Of a stretch of DNA of 64,000 bases, positions 47,091-57,777 are shown piece by piece. The first letter of the stretch is position 1. Each line of letters begins with the position of its first letter. The stretch spans positions 29,542 through 93,541 of the forward strand of contig CABSWT010000003.1 of NCBI GenBank assembly GCA_902481575.1, given 5' to 3'. Made by a program: the position numbers and the translations under genes. Source of the stretch: an uncultured Atopobium sp. (GTDB lineage Bacteria; Actinomycetota; Coriobacteriia; Coriobacteriales; Atopobiaceae). The notes beneath the pieces were generated by a model. It saw only the letters and a program-made list of their open reading frames with translations. It had not been told where the DNA came from and searched no databases.

Positions 47091-48494
47091 GTGTCGCTTC
47101 TAGAAACACTTGGAAATGTATGTGTTCTTGGTTTTGGTAAGACCGGCGTCTCTGTCTGCACGTATTTGCTGCAGCAGTCAGAGGGTCGTGTGTCTTCCGT
47201 AACTCTTGTGGGCGGCGCAGATGCTACTGTTGGCGAGAAGATCCAAGAGCTTGCAGACTCAGGCGTACAGGTACAATGCGGCTCTGATCAGGTTAAGGGT
47301 ACCTTTGACCTGACTATTGCATCTCCTGGTATTCCAGACACCTCTGAGCTGTTTTTAAGTGCAAAGGCAGCTTCTAAGCAGATTATGGGCGAGCCAGAGT
47401 TTGCCTATCAAGAGAGCCCTTCACAGTGGATTGGTATTACTGGCACAAACGGTAAAACTACTACCACAAGCTTGACCACGTCAATCCTGCAGTATGCAGG
47501 TCTTGATGCAAGCGCTGTTGGCAATATTGGTCTTACTATTACTGACCAACTTGCAGAGAGAAAGCCTAAGAGCTGGTTTGTAGCAGAGCTTTCAAGCTTC
47601 CAGCTTGCTACTACTCAAAAATTGCATCCTCACGTTGCGATGCTTTTAAACATTACGCCGGATCACCTTGAGTGGCATGGTTCACTCGAGGCGTATGCAG
47701 CAGCTAAAGAGAAGATTTTTGCCAACCTTGATGCAAATGACCTGGCAATTGTCTCTGACTTGGATGAGTTCTGCCAAGACGTGTCTTCTCGCCTTGAGGC
47801 TCGCGGCATTGCCGTATGCCATCTTGCTCAGACAGATCCCGGTACGCAAAATGCCGCCTTTGTACGCAATGGAGCGCTGGTGGTCAGGCTATCTGGTAAA
47901 GAGATGGAGCTTGTAGCAGCTGATGCACTCCACATTAGGGGAGCGCACAATGCACTCAACGCTCTTGCTGCAGCTGCATGTGGCTTATTCCTGGGGCTTG
48001 ATATTGTTTCTATTAGGCATGCCCTGTTGGACTTTATGCCGCTTGAGCACAGAATTGAGCCAGTTGATACGGTTAATGGTGTTTTGTACGTTAACGATTC
48101 CAAAGCAACAAACACTGATTCAGTTGAAAAATCATTAACTTCGTTTCCAGGTAAAGACGTTATTTTGCTACTTGGCGGTCACGATAAGGGCACAGAGCTT
48201 GATGATTTTGCTCAGAAGGTGTCTGCTACCTGCGCATATGCAATCTGCTTTGGAGAGGCTGGTCCTCGCTTTGCAGAGGCGCTTCGTCGCGTTTCTGGCG
48301 GACGTGCAGAAGTGGTAGAAGAGCCTCATATGCATGAAGCTTTTGACCGTGCGGTAGAGCTTGCTCGTCCAGGTTCTGTAGTGCTTCTCTCACCAGCATG
48401 TTCCTCATTTGACGAGTTCACAGGCATGGCTCAGCGTGGTCGTGTCTTTAAACAGCTCGTGGCAGATCTTGCTCACAAAGAGAGCGGTCGATAA
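47091..48494 (+). CDS. murD: UDP-MurNAc-L-Ala--D-Glu ligase
   Basis: SPGI, TGTNGKTTT, ELSSFQL, NDSKATN, LLSPACSSFD. Confidence 0.95.
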   Translation: MSLLETLGNVCVLGFGKTGVSVCTYLLQQSEGRVSSVTLVGGADATVGEKIQELADSGVQVQCGSDQVKGTFDLTIASPGIPDTSELFLSAKAASKQIMGEPEFAYQESPSQWIGITGTNGKTTTTSLTTSILQYAGLDASAVGNIGLTITDQLAERKPKSWFVAELSSFQLATTQKLHPHVAMLLNITPDHLEWHGSLEAYAAAKEKIFANLDANDLAIVSDLDEFCQDVSSRLEARGIAVCHLAQTDPGTQNAAFVRNGALVVRLSGKEMELVAADALHIRGAHNALNALAAAACGLFLGLDIVSIRHALLDFMPLEHRIEPVDTVNGVLYVNDSKATNTDSVEKSLTSFPGKDVILLLGGHDKGTELDDFAQKVSATCAYAICFGEAGPRFAEALRRVSGGRAEVVEEPHMHEAFDRAVELARPGSVVLLSPACSSFDEFTGMAQRGRVFKQLVADLAHKESGR

Positions 48495-50023
48495 TGGCTA
48501 CCAGCAGAAACAGAACAGGGGAGCGCGCGCAGCAACCACGTACTTCTCGCCAGAAATCTTCCGAGGGCTCGCAGGCTAAAGGCCGCTTTGGTGCTATTCC
48601 AGAGCGTTTTATGCAGCCTCGTCTGGTGCTTCTGGTATCAACGGCTATTCTGGTGTGCTTTGGCCTGGTAATGATTTATTCCGCATCCTCGATTTCTGCA
48701 ATGACTTCTGAGGACATGGGCTATAACCCCTTCTACTACGTGCAGCGTCAGCTTGGCTTTGCTGCAGCAGGAGTTGCGTTAGCGTTTATTGTTTCTCGCA
48801 TTGACTACCGCGCAGTAGTAAGAAACTTCCAGGTACCTATCTGGATTGTGACCATTGGAATGCTAGCAATTATTTTTACTCCTATTGCTGGCGCTGATGC
48901 ATATGGTGCAACCCGTTGGATTTCAGTTGGACCGTTTTCTTTCCAGCCGTCTGAGTTTGCAAAGATTACCATCTTAATTTCTGTCTCGTATTTGGCTCAG
49001 CAGTACTTTATTGATCAGACCATAGATCAGATGGAGTTCTTTAAAAAGTTTGCTATTGCTGCGCTTGCGCCACTGCTTCTTATTTTGGCCCAGCCAGACA
49101 AGGGCTCCACATTGATTATTGTGGGAACACTTTTGGTCATTGGCTACCTTGCCGATGTTGACCGAAGGGTTCTGGCAACTATTGCTGTTGCTGGCTTTAT
49201 TGGCTTTGCGTTCTTATCTCTTAAAGATGATTATTCGCGTGCTCGCGTTGTGACTATGTTCAACCCTTGGGCTGATTATTACGGTGCAGGTTATCAGCTT
49301 GCACAGGGCTTTTATGCCTTTGGCTCTGGTGGTATTTTTGGTGTTGGCTTTGGCTTTTCTCGCCAGAAATATTCCTATCTTCCTATGGCTCACAATGACT
49401 TTATTTTTGCGGTTATTGGAGAAGAGCTGGGCTTTATTGGCGTTTTGGGTCTTTTGGCTGTATTTGGCGCCCTGGTATGGGCAGGCTTTAAGATTGCTCG
49501 CTATGCACCAGATTTGACCGGCAGGCTTATTGCTGCAGGTTGTACCTCTATGTTTATCATCCAGGCCTTTGTTAACATCGGTGGTGTTTTGGGCCTTTTG
49601 CCTCTTTCTGGTAAGCCACTGCCGTTTATCTCATACGGCGGTTCAACCATCATGTCTAGTATCTTGATGGTTGGTCTTTTGATGTCTGTTTCAAGGCAGT
49701 CAAGGCTTCCAGAAACCGAGTACGATAGGCAGCGCGCTTCTTGGAGCATAGCTGAAGAGCAGGATACCTTTGATGCCCCAGGTTTTGCTGGTCTTACCAT
49801 GGTTGATGGTGGGGTAGGAGTAGGCATGCCACTCCCACGTTCTTCTCGCCCTAAGAGCAGTGCACAAAGCTCCGCGCGCCCATCACGAGGCGTTTTGCGC
49901 TCAAGAGATGACGACGCCCCTCAAGGCCGTATTACGACAGATGCCTCCGGAAGGCGCAGGATTGATTTGGGACCTTCTGCATCGGACAGGCTTCGTGGAA
50001 ATAGCACCAGGCCTCGTCGATAG
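48494..50023 (+). CDS. ftsW: SEDS peptidoglycan glycosyltransferase FtsW
   Basis: MIYSAS, QPSEFAK, HNDFIFAVIGEELG, PFISYGGS. Confidence 0.93.
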   Translation: MATSRNRTGERAQQPRTSRQKSSEGSQAKGRFGAIPERFMQPRLVLLVSTAILVCFGLVMIYSASSISAMTSEDMGYNPFYYVQRQLGFAAAGVALAFIVSRIDYRAVVRNFQVPIWIVTIGMLAIIFTPIAGADAYGATRWISVGPFSFQPSEFAKITILISVSYLAQQYFIDQTIDQMEFFKKFAIAALAPLLLILAQPDKGSTLIIVGTLLVIGYLADVDRRVLATIAVAGFIGFAFLSLKDDYSRARVVTMFNPWADYYGAGYQLAQGFYAFGSGGIFGVGFGFSRQKYSYLPMAHNDFIFAVIGEELGFIGVLGLLAVFGALVWAGFKIARYAPDLTGRLIAAGCTSMFIIQAFVNIGGVLGLLPLSGKPLPFISYGGSTIMSSILMVGLLMSVSRQSRLPETEYDRQRASWSIAEEQDTFDAPGFAGLTMVDGGVGVGMPLPRSSRPKSSAQSSARPSRGVLRSRDDDAPQGRITTDASGRRRIDLGPSASDRLRGNSTRPRR

Positions 50024-50046
50024 CTGATTTCTAGGAGATGGATTGC

Positions 50047-51180
50047 ATGGCAGAACAGAAGAAACTCTCTGTTGCAATTGCTGCAGGTGGAACCGCAGGT
50101 CACATTAACCCAGCTCTGGCTCTAGCTGAGGAGCTTCGTGAGCGTGGTCACCAGGTTACGTTTTACGGTCAGCCCAATAAGCTTGAGGGTACGCTGGTAT
50201 CTGAGGCAGGATTTGAGCTGGTACCTATCCATGTAAATGGCTTTGATCGCAGGCGCCCTTGGACACTTATAAGCGCGGCATACAATCTTGAGCGCGCAAA
50301 GATGCAGCTGCACAAGCGTTTCAAAGAGCAGGGAGCTCCTGATGTTGCCATTGGCTTTGGAGCCTATGTTGAGCTGCCATTGCTTCAACTTTGCGCTAAG
50401 CTGAACATCCCGTATTTGATTCACGAGCAGAACTCGGTAACAGGTCTTGCTAATCGCGTTTCTGCTGGTAAAGCTTCTAAGGTATGCATTGCCTTCCCAG
50501 AGGCTCGCAAGGCTTTTGAGGGACGCGTTAAAGCTCAGGACACCATTGTGGTCACCGGAAATCCCGTGCGTAAGAGTGTCCTTTCTGCTGATAGAGCCAC
50601 CTCTAGGCAAGAACTGGGCATTGCAGACAATCAAACATTGCTGCTTATCTTTGGCGGCAGTCTGGGCGCACGCAGCATCAACGAGACATTTGCTGCACTT
50701 AAGCAGGAGCTTCTTTCTCGTCCTAACCTTCGCATCATCCAGTCAACAGGCCAAAAGCTCTACGACGAGGTTGTCTCGCTTATGCAGCTTTCTGACGAGG
50801 AGACTGCTCGCTGGGAGATTAAGCCCTACATTTCCAACATGGGTGCCATGCTTGCTGCAGCTGACCTGGTAGTTTCTCGTTCTGGAGCATCCTCTGTGGC
50901 TGAGATTGCAGCGCTTGAGCTTCCTAGCATTTTGGTGCCGTACCCTCTAGCAACAGCAGATCATCAGACTACTAACGCGCATCTGTTGTCGGATGCGGGA
51001 GCAGCTATTCTGGTGCCAGATAACCAGGTGGGCACCACGACCTTCTCGACAGCTCTCTTTGATCTGGTAGACAACGCAGAACAGCGCAAAAAGCTTTCTG
51101 AGGCTGCTGCCACACTTGACCAGCGCAGCGCCGCATCTCTTGTGGCTGACGCCGTGGAAAGTGCCGTTTGTGGCGCATAA
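50047..51180 (+). CDS. murG: Undecaprenyl-PP-MurNAc-pentapeptide GlcNAc transferase
   Basis: GGTAGHINP, HEQN, GNPVR, GGSLGA, RSGAS. Confidence 0.95.
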   Translation: MAEQKKLSVAIAAGGTAGHINPALALAEELRERGHQVTFYGQPNKLEGTLVSEAGFELVPIHVNGFDRRRPWTLISAAYNLERAKMQLHKRFKEQGAPDVAIGFGAYVELPLLQLCAKLNIPYLIHEQNSVTGLANRVSAGKASKVCIAFPEARKAFEGRVKAQDTIVVTGNPVRKSVLSADRATSRQELGIADNQTLLLIFGGSLGARSINETFAALKQELLSRPNLRIIQSTGQKLYDEVVSLMQLSDEETARWEIKPYISNMGAMLAAADLVVSRSGASSVAEIAALELPSILVPYPLATADHQTTNAHLLSDAGAAILVPDNQVGTTTFSTALFDLVDNAEQRKKLSEAAATLDQRSAASLVADAVESAVCGA

Positions 51181-51261
51181 AACATTCGGTTTTGCGTTAG
51201 AGTAAACATGTCTTGGTATGTCCAGGACTCAAACGATAACAATACTTGGAAAGGCTCTCTT

Positions 51262-52677
51262 ATGGCAGATTCCATGGGCGAGAAGACCATCTCGCGTGCA
51301 CATTTTATTGGAATTGGTGGAGCAGGTATGAGCGGAATTGCGCTTGTTCTGCACGAGCGCGGCTGCACCGTTACTGGTTCCGATCTAAAGAGCTCGCATT
51401 ATGTTAGAGAGCTTGAAGATGCAGGTATTCAGGTAAGCATCGGCCACACCGCAGCCACTATTGACGCTGTGATGCCTGATGTCATTGTTACCTCTACCGC
51501 AATCCCAGAGACAAATCCAGAGGTCATTCGCGCACGTGAGCTTTCCATTCCTATTTGGCCTCGCGCTAAGATGCTCTCGTATTTGTCGCGCGGCCGCAAG
51601 ACCATTGCTGTTGCGGGCACTCACGGCAAGACCACCACATCTTCTATGGTTGCTACCATGTTGGACAAACTTGGTGCTGATCCATCATTTTTGATTGGTG
51701 GCGTTGTTGAGGGCTACGACACCAACGGCAAAAACGGCAACGGTCAGTATTTTGTCTGCGAGGCGGACGAGTCTGACGGTTCGTTTATGTTCCTTAACCC
51801 TAACGTGGTTGTTGTCACCAATATTGAGGCAGACCACCTTGACCACTACGGCTCTCTAGAGAATATCGAGAAGACCTTCTGTGAGTTTATGAGCTTGCTT
51901 GATAAGGAAGAAACTGTTGTTATCAACGGCGATAATCCTCATTACGTTGAGCTTGCTCAGTCAACCGGCAGGCACGTAGTTACCTACGGCTTTGATTCAA
52001 GCTGCGATTTTGTTTGCACACAGGAGGAGAGAAAAGCTGGAATTGAGAATCCTCTTACCATCAAGACTCCTTCTGGTCAGACTATCTCTGTGGTACTTCC
52101 AGCTAATCCTGGTAAGCACAATGTTGCTAACGCAACCGCTGCAATTGCCGTTGCTGATGCTCTTGGCTTTGATCTTGAGGAGGCCGCAGCAGCGCTTTCG
52201 CAGTTCAAGGGCGCACGCCGTCGCTTTACGCACGTAGGCGACATCAACGGAATTACTGTCGTAGACGATTACGGCCACCATCCAACCGAGATTGCAGCAA
52301 CCATGTCTGCAGCTCTTCCTCTTGGCTTCAAGCGCGTTGTTGTTGTTTTCCAGCCACACCGCTACAGCAGAACGCAAGATCTGGCAGATTCGTTTGCCCA
52401 TGCATTTGATGGCATTGACGTTTTGCGCGTCATGGATGTCTTCTCCGCAGGTGAGCTGCCTATTCCAGGTGTCTCGGGCAAGACTGTCTCTTCAAGGGTT
52501 GAGGCTGCTCATACTGTTTCTGACGTGCGTTACATCCCTTCTCGCCGAGATCTTATCGCAGACCTTCTTGATACGGTTAAGCCAGGAGATCTGCTTATTA
52601 CTCAGGGCGCAGGTGACGTCACTCAGATTGGTCCAATGTTTATCCGCGCACTCAAAGAGCGTCTTCAGAACCACTAG
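51262..52677 (+). CDS. murC: UDP-MurNAc--L-alanine ligase
   Basis: IGIGGAGMS, GTHGKTTT, EADESD, DDYGHHPTEI, FQPHRYSRT. Confidence 0.96.
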   Translation: MADSMGEKTISRAHFIGIGGAGMSGIALVLHERGCTVTGSDLKSSHYVRELEDAGIQVSIGHTAATIDAVMPDVIVTSTAIPETNPEVIRARELSIPIWPRAKMLSYLSRGRKTIAVAGTHGKTTTSSMVATMLDKLGADPSFLIGGVVEGYDTNGKNGNGQYFVCEADESDGSFMFLNPNVVVVTNIEADHLDHYGSLENIEKTFCEFMSLLDKEETVVINGDNPHYVELAQSTGRHVVTYGFDSSCDFVCTQEERKAGIENPLTIKTPSGQTISVVLPANPGKHNVANATAAIAVADALGFDLEEAAAALSQFKGARRRFTHVGDINGITVVDDYGHHPTEIAATMSAALPLGFKRVVVVFQPHRYSRTQDLADSFAHAFDGIDVLRVMDVFSAGELPIPGVSGKTVSSRVEAAHTVSDVRYIPSRRDLIADLLDTVKPGDLLITQGAGDVTQIGPMFIRALKERLQNH

Positions 52678-52687
52678 GACCTCTGTC

Positions 52688-53602
52688 GTGAGCTTGTTTA
52701 ACGCCTATGTAAGCCTTTCTGGGGCCCTTGATGCAACAATCAAGCAAGATGAGCCGCTGAGCCACCATACCTCCTTTAGGATTGGTGGTAAGGCGTCGCT
52801 CTTTGCTGCTGTTCACAGCCACGTGGCGCTGGTGCGTGTGCTTGAGGTGCTTGCAGCTAATCGAATTGATTGGGTGCTTTTGGGTAAGGGTTCAAACATC
52901 CTTGTCTCTGATAAGGGCTACAACGGCTGCGTTATTGTGCTCGACGATGAGCTTTCTACCATTTCAGTTGGCGAGAATAACCTCATTACTGCAGGTGCAG
53001 GTGCGCTTACGGCACGCGTTTGCAATGAGGCCATGAAAGCAGGTCTTTCTGGCCTTGAGATGTGTGCTGGTATTCCCGGAACTATCGGCGGTGCGCTTTC
53101 AATGAACGCAGGTACCAGGCATGATTGGATTGGTAAAGCCGTCCGTGATTGCGTGGTACTTAAGCCTGGTAAGGGTCTTGTACGCTACGATGCTTCCGAG
53201 ATTGAATGGGGTTATCGCTACACTACGTTTGCACCAAATGAGATCATTCTTGAGGCAACGTTTGCGCTGACAGCATCTAATCGTCCTAAAGTTGCTCTTG
53301 GCATGGATACACTCTTGCAGCGTAGAAGAAATACTCAGCCAACTGGTCAGCTTTGCTGCGGTTCTGTTTTTAAGAATCCAGGTAGTAGGTCTGCTGGTGC
53401 ACTTATTGAAGAGTGTGGTCTTAAGGGAGCTACTGAGGGCGGCGCACAAATTTCTGATACTCATGCCAACTTTATTGTGAATACCGGTAACGCTACCGCT
53501 TCAGATGTCATTGCACTTATGCGCAGAGCACACGATGCGGTCCAAGAAAAGTTTGATATTGATCTTCAGCCAGAGGTTAAACTTCTGGGTTTTGGGGCAT
53601 AG
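52688..53602 (+). CDS. murB: UDP-N-acetylmuramate dehydrogenase
   Basis: FRIGG, GKGSNIL, GIPGTIGG, GSVFKNP, HANFIVN. Confidence 0.93.
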   Translation: MSLFNAYVSLSGALDATIKQDEPLSHHTSFRIGGKASLFAAVHSHVALVRVLEVLAANRIDWVLLGKGSNILVSDKGYNGCVIVLDDELSTISVGENNLITAGAGALTARVCNEAMKAGLSGLEMCAGIPGTIGGALSMNAGTRHDWIGKAVRDCVVLKPGKGLVRYDASEIEWGYRYTTFAPNEIILEATFALTASNRPKVALGMDTLLQRRRNTQPTGQLCCGSVFKNPGSRSAGALIEECGLKGATEGGAQISDTHANFIVNTGNATASDVIALMRRAHDAVQEKFDIDLQPEVKLLGFGA

Positions 53603-53609
53603 GGAAGAT

Positions 53610-54668
53610 ATGGCAGAAGATACTTCAAAGCAAACAACACGCCGTAAGGGCACAAAAAGGGAGCCGTTATCGTCTGGTTCTACTCAGACGGCAGGGGCTA
53701 CTAAGCCTTCTTTTATGAGTAAGGCCTTTAAGCCTAAGCCAAAGGTTGAGGCTACAGCTTCTGATGCCAAGCCTTCTGCTAAAAAGATTTCTGCCAAAAA
53801 GCCAAATAACGCTACAAAAACTGCAGCTCAAGCTCGTGCTGAGCGTATTAAACACAGCAGAAAGGTATCGTTTAAGGCAGTACGCACGGCCTTTATCGTT
53901 TTGCTTAGCCTTGCCCTTCTCGCTGGCATTGCTTTTCTCGTCCTACGTTCTTCCTCAGTCTTTGCTATTACCAACATTCAGGTAGAGCCAACAGAGCACG
54001 TCTCTAACGAGCAAATTCAAAAGCTCATTGCAGTAGAAGAGGGAACAACGCTGCTCAATATGGATGAATCCCTTATTACCCAAGAACTTCAGAAGGACCC
54101 TTGGGTAGCTTCTGCAACGTATGAGAGGCAGTTCCCTAATACGCTGCGCATTACTATCACAGAGCGTAAGGTTACAGCCATAGTGGCGCTTTCTTCTGGT
54201 CCGGTTGCATGGTATTTGGGCGAGAATAACGTCTGGCTTGAGGCAGATCAGCTTAACGTGCCAGAAGGAAAAACTACCGCTACCGTTGCACTTGAGAAGG
54301 CAACCTCAGAAGGTGAGCTGCTGATTACCGATGTTCCTGCAACGGTTTCTCCTGTAGCAGGCACCACAGCAACAGACGCAGAAATTCAAGCGGTTATGCA
54401 GTATCAGTCTACGTTCTCGTCAGAGCTCACGTCACAGATTGTAAGTTACTCAGCTAGTAGCGTTGATGCAATCTCTGTCACGCTTACCAATGGTGTGCAG
54501 GTTGCCCTAGGCTCTCCAACACAGATTGCTGACAAAGAAAAAGTGATTCTGGCAATGCTTAAGCAGTTCCCAGGAGAGCTTACGTACTTGAACGTAAGAA
54601 CACCTGCAAACCCAACCTATAGGCGAGTTTCTACCGGAAACGTTCAGTCTGGCTCTGGTGTTTCGTAG
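53610..54668 (+). CDS. ftsQ: Cell division protein FtsQ/DivIB
   Basis: Basic N-terminus, TM, POTRA 'PWVASATYERQFPNTLRITITER'; precedes ftsZ. Confidence 0.85.
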   Translation: MAEDTSKQTTRRKGTKREPLSSGSTQTAGATKPSFMSKAFKPKPKVEATASDAKPSAKKISAKKPNNATKTAAQARAERIKHSRKVSFKAVRTAFIVLLSLALLAGIAFLVLRSSSVFAITNIQVEPTEHVSNEQIQKLIAVEEGTTLLNMDESLITQELQKDPWVASATYERQFPNTLRITITERKVTAIVALSSGPVAWYLGENNVWLEADQLNVPEGKTTATVALEKATSEGELLITDVPATVSPVAGTTATDAEIQAVMQYQSTFSSELTSQIVSYSASSVDAISVTLTNGVQVALGSPTQIADKEKVILAMLKQFPGELTYLNVRTPANPTYRRVSTGNVQSGSGVS

Positions 54669-54798
54669 GTAAACGCGCAAACTATATGTGCCGTTAGGGA
54701 ATAGTTTCCTACCGTTTACCAGGTTTCTTCACAATTTCTACATATTATTTGACTTGTATGGGTCAGTTGTGCAAATATACCCCGCTTTGCATGAAGCG

Positions 54799-54824
54799 TA
54801 AGCCTTAACTTGAGGTTTAGGGTT
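54799..54824. promoter_or_regulatory. Imperfect palindrome upstream of ftsZ (putative regulator site)
   Basis: TAAGCCTTAACTTGAGGTTTAGGGTT. Confidence 0.45.
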
Positions 54825-54915
54825 TTATACAGCGGTTCTGCGAGCGCATAAACGTAGCCTAAGCGCAGTCGCGCTCCGGGACAAACGGGCACAAGCGTGC
54901 CTCAAGGAGGAAGAC

Positions 54916-56052
54916 ATGATTAAGGACACCGATACCCTTAACAACTATCTTGCTGTTATCAAGGTTGTTGGCGTTGGTGGCGGCGGAACTAACGCTGTCA
55001 ACCGCATGATTGAAGAAGGCATCCGTGGCGTTGAGTTCGTTGCTGTAAACACCGATGCACAGGCACTTGCAATCTCCGATGCTGACATTAAGGTTCACAT
55101 CGGTACTGACATCACCAAGGGTCTTGGTGCTGGCGCTAACCCTGAGGTTGGTAAAGAGGCAGCAGAGGATAGCCGCGATGAGATCAAGGCAGCACTTGCT
55201 GGCGCTGATATGGTCTTCATCACTGCTGGTGAGGGTGGCGGTACTGGTACCGGCGCTGCTCCAGTTGTTGCTGATATTGCAAAGAATGACGTTGGCGCAC
55301 TGACCGTTGGCGTTGTTACTAAGCCATTCTCCTTCGAGGGCCGTCGTCGTTATGGTTCTGCAGCTGACGGTATCAAGACTCTTTCCGAGAATGTTGATAC
55401 TCTCATTGTTATTCCAAACGATCGTCTGCTTGATCTTTCTGAGAAGAAGACCACCATGCTTGAGGCATTCCGCATGGCTGACGACGTTCTATGCCAGGGC
55501 ACCCAGGGTATTACCGACCTCATCACTGTTCCTGGTCTGATCAACCTCGACTTTGCAGACGTCTGCACCATCATGAAGGGCGCAGGTAGCGCAATGATGG
55601 GTATTGGTATTGCTGCTGGTGATAACCGCGCTGCTGATGCTGCAACTGAGGCAATCTCTAGCCGCCTGCTTGAGAGCTCTATTGAGGGCGCAACCCGCGT
55701 TCTTCTCTCTATTGCTGGCAACAAAGACCTTGGTATTCAGGAGATTAACGAGGCAGCTGACCTGGTTGCTAAGAACGTTGACCCTGACGCAAACATCATC
55801 TTTGGTACTGTTGTTGATGAGTCCCTGGGCGATCAGGTTCGCGTAACTGTTATCGCAACTGGTTTCAATGACTCTAACGTTCAGCAGCAGCTTCCAACTC
55901 TGAATACTCAGAGCGTCAGTCGTCCAAGCCGTCCTGCTCAGCCACAGCCAACTCGTCCTGTGACTGCTCAGCCACAGCCTGCTCGCACCAATAACTCTTC
56001 TAATGAGAAAGAGTTTGATATTCCAGACTTCCTTAAGCGTAGCCGCATCTAA
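54916..56052 (+). CDS. ftsZ: Cell division protein FtsZ
   Basis: [31 protein letters not shown]. Confidence 0.98.
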   Translation: MIKDTDTLNNYLAVIKVVGVGGGGTNAVNRMIEEGIRGVEFVAVNTDAQALAISDADIKVHIGTDITKGLGAGANPEVGKEAAEDSRDEIKAALAGADMVFITAGEGGGTGTGAAPVVADIAKNDVGALTVGVVTKPFSFEGRRRYGSAADGIKTLSENVDTLIVIPNDRLLDLSEKKTTMLEAFRMADDVLCQGTQGITDLITVPGLINLDFADVCTIMKGAGSAMMGIGIAAGDNRAADAATEAISSRLLESSIEGATRVLLSIAGNKDLGIQEINEAADLVAKNVDPDANIIFGTVVDESLGDQVRVTVIATGFNDSNVQQQLPTLNTQSVSRPSRPAQPQPTRPVTAQPQPARTNNSSNEKEFDIPDFLKRSRI

Positions 56053-56054
56053 AC

Positions 56055-56864
56055 ATGTGCGCGCTGAATAGACAGTGCTTACACGGCGTGACCCTGCTCA
56101 TGGATCCTGAGGTTCCATGCGGGGTCACGCTCGCATTTACCGAGCGTACTGGCGGTTTTTCAGAAGGGGAGTTTAGCTCCCTCAATCTGGGCAGCAGATG
56201 CGGAGACAATCTGCAACAGGTGCAAAAGAATCGTCAGCTTGTCTTAGAGGCTCTTGGGGCAAAAGAGTTCTTCTCGCGACTCCTTATTCCTCACCAGGTA
56301 CATGGAAGCAACGTTGTCTGCCTGACTTCTGATACACCAGAGGCTTTTGAGCAGGCTAAAACTGAGGCAGAGGCTGGCGCAGACGCTATCGTATGTACGG
56401 TTCAAAATACGCCTGTGATGTTGGCTTTTGCCGATTGTGTGCCGGTAATTCTTGTAGCTCCCGGCGGATTTGCGGTGGCGCATTCTGGCTGGAAAGGCAC
56501 AATTGCCCGCATTTCTGCGCGCGCAACCGAGGCGCTTTGCCAGGCAACTGGCTCCACACCCTCCGAGGTCAAGGCCTATATTGGCCCGCATATTGGCAGC
56601 GCTGATTACGAGGTCTCACCTGAGCTCATTCAGATGTTCTCAAAAGAGTTTGGTTCAGGCGTTGTAGACCGCGCATCTGGCGAGAGGTACTTGGATCTTG
56701 GATATGCTGTCAGAGCTGCACTGGTAGATGCCGGTGTACGAGAGTCTGCTATTGAAGAGGTTACTGACTCGACGGCCTCTACAACTGAGAGGTTTTTCTC
56801 GTACCGTGCAGAACATGGTAAGTGCGGAAGGCATGCAGCTGTTGCTTATATGGCTGCAAAGTAG
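56055..56864 (+). CDS. pgeF: PgeF/YfiH family protein (purine nucleoside phosphorylase-like)
   Basis: TERTGG, SLNLG, QVHG, ADCVP, HSGWKG, FFSYR. Confidence 0.9.
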   Translation: MCALNRQCLHGVTLLMDPEVPCGVTLAFTERTGGFSEGEFSSLNLGSRCGDNLQQVQKNRQLVLEALGAKEFFSRLLIPHQVHGSNVVCLTSDTPEAFEQAKTEAEAGADAIVCTVQNTPVMLAFADCVPVILVAPGGFAVAHSGWKGTIARISARATEALCQATGSTPSEVKAYIGPHIGSADYEVSPELIQMFSKEFGSGVVDRASGERYLDLGYAVRAALVDAGVRESAIEEVTDSTASTTERFFSYRAEHGKCGRHAAVAYMAAK

Positions 56865-56867
56865 GGT

Positions 56868-56939
56868 AGAAGACGTTTAGCACTACAGAGAAGCGTTTAG
56901 ATCTACAGAGAAGCGTTTAGATCTACAGAGAAGCGTTTA
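56868..56939 (+). repeat. 20-bp tandem repeat CTACAGAGAAGCGTTTAGAT (about 3.5 copies)
   Basis: Copies start at 56883, 56903 and 56923, with a degenerate leading copy. Confidence 0.9.
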
Positions 56940-56975
56940 TCGTTACGTAAGATGTTGATGTATTCACCGCAAGAG

Positions 56976-57719
56976 ATGATGGCTATGACATACGATTCAG
57001 ACGAATATCTTGAGTTTATAAAGGCTCGTAGAGCTCAGATTGAGTCGCTTGTGGCGGATGCTGCAAAAAAGTCCGGCAGAAGCGCCTCTGAGATTGAAAT
57101 TGTAGCTGTCTCCAAAACCGTACCTGTTGAGGCCGTCCTTGCAGCTTATAAGGCGGGCTATAGGGTTTTTGGCGAGAATCGCCCACAAGAGCTGATACAT
57201 AAACTGACATGTTTATCTGAAACTCCTTTTGCGTCTGAGATATCTTTTGACATGATTGGTAATCTTCAGAAGAACAAGATTAACCAGGTAGTTGGTAAGG
57301 TTCGCTACATTCATTCAATTTCTTCAGAGCATCTTGCAGAGGCAGTTGCAAAGCGTGCTGAGGTAAAGGGTACTGAGGAGTCTGTTTTACTTGAGGTAAA
57401 CGTCTCCGCTGAAGCCTCAAAATCGGGTTTCTCGCCAGAAGAGGTGTCTAAGTCTATCCAAAGGATTGTTGAGCTTCCGCACATTTCTGTTGTAGGTCTG
57501 ATGACTATGGCACCAAAAGATGATCCAGAGCGCGCCAAGAGAACATTCTCAGGACTTCGAGAATTGCGTGATTGCTTGAGCCAACAAGTTGGTTTGAAGT
57601 TAGATGTTCTTTCTTGTGGCATGAGTGATGACTTTACGTATGCCATTGAAGAGGGTTCTACGACTATTCGCCTGGGTCGAGTATTGTTTGACCCAGCCTA
57701 TACGTTGAGTGGGCACTAA
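56976..57719 (+). CDS. yggS: YggS/PLPBP pyridoxal-phosphate homeostasis protein
   Basis: AVSKT, FGENR, IGNLQKNK, GLMTM, GMSDD, IRLG. Confidence 0.93.
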   Translation: MMAMTYDSDEYLEFIKARRAQIESLVADAAKKSGRSASEIEIVAVSKTVPVEAVLAAYKAGYRVFGENRPQELIHKLTCLSETPFASEISFDMIGNLQKNKINQVVGKVRYIHSISSEHLAEAVAKRAEVKGTEESVLLEVNVSAEASKSGFSPEEVSKSIQRIVELPHISVVGLMTMAPKDDPERAKRTFSGLRELRDCLSQQVGLKLDVLSCGMSDDFTYAIEEGSTTIRLGRVLFDPAYTLSGH

Positions 57720-57777
57720 AATAGTTGCAAGTTTTTGATACAGTAGTAAGAAGTTACGTGCGTTACAGAAAGGCACA

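Noticed and set aside
56868..56939. Possible CRISPR array
   Set aside because: Repeats are head-to-tail with no unique spacers, and no cas genes are present.
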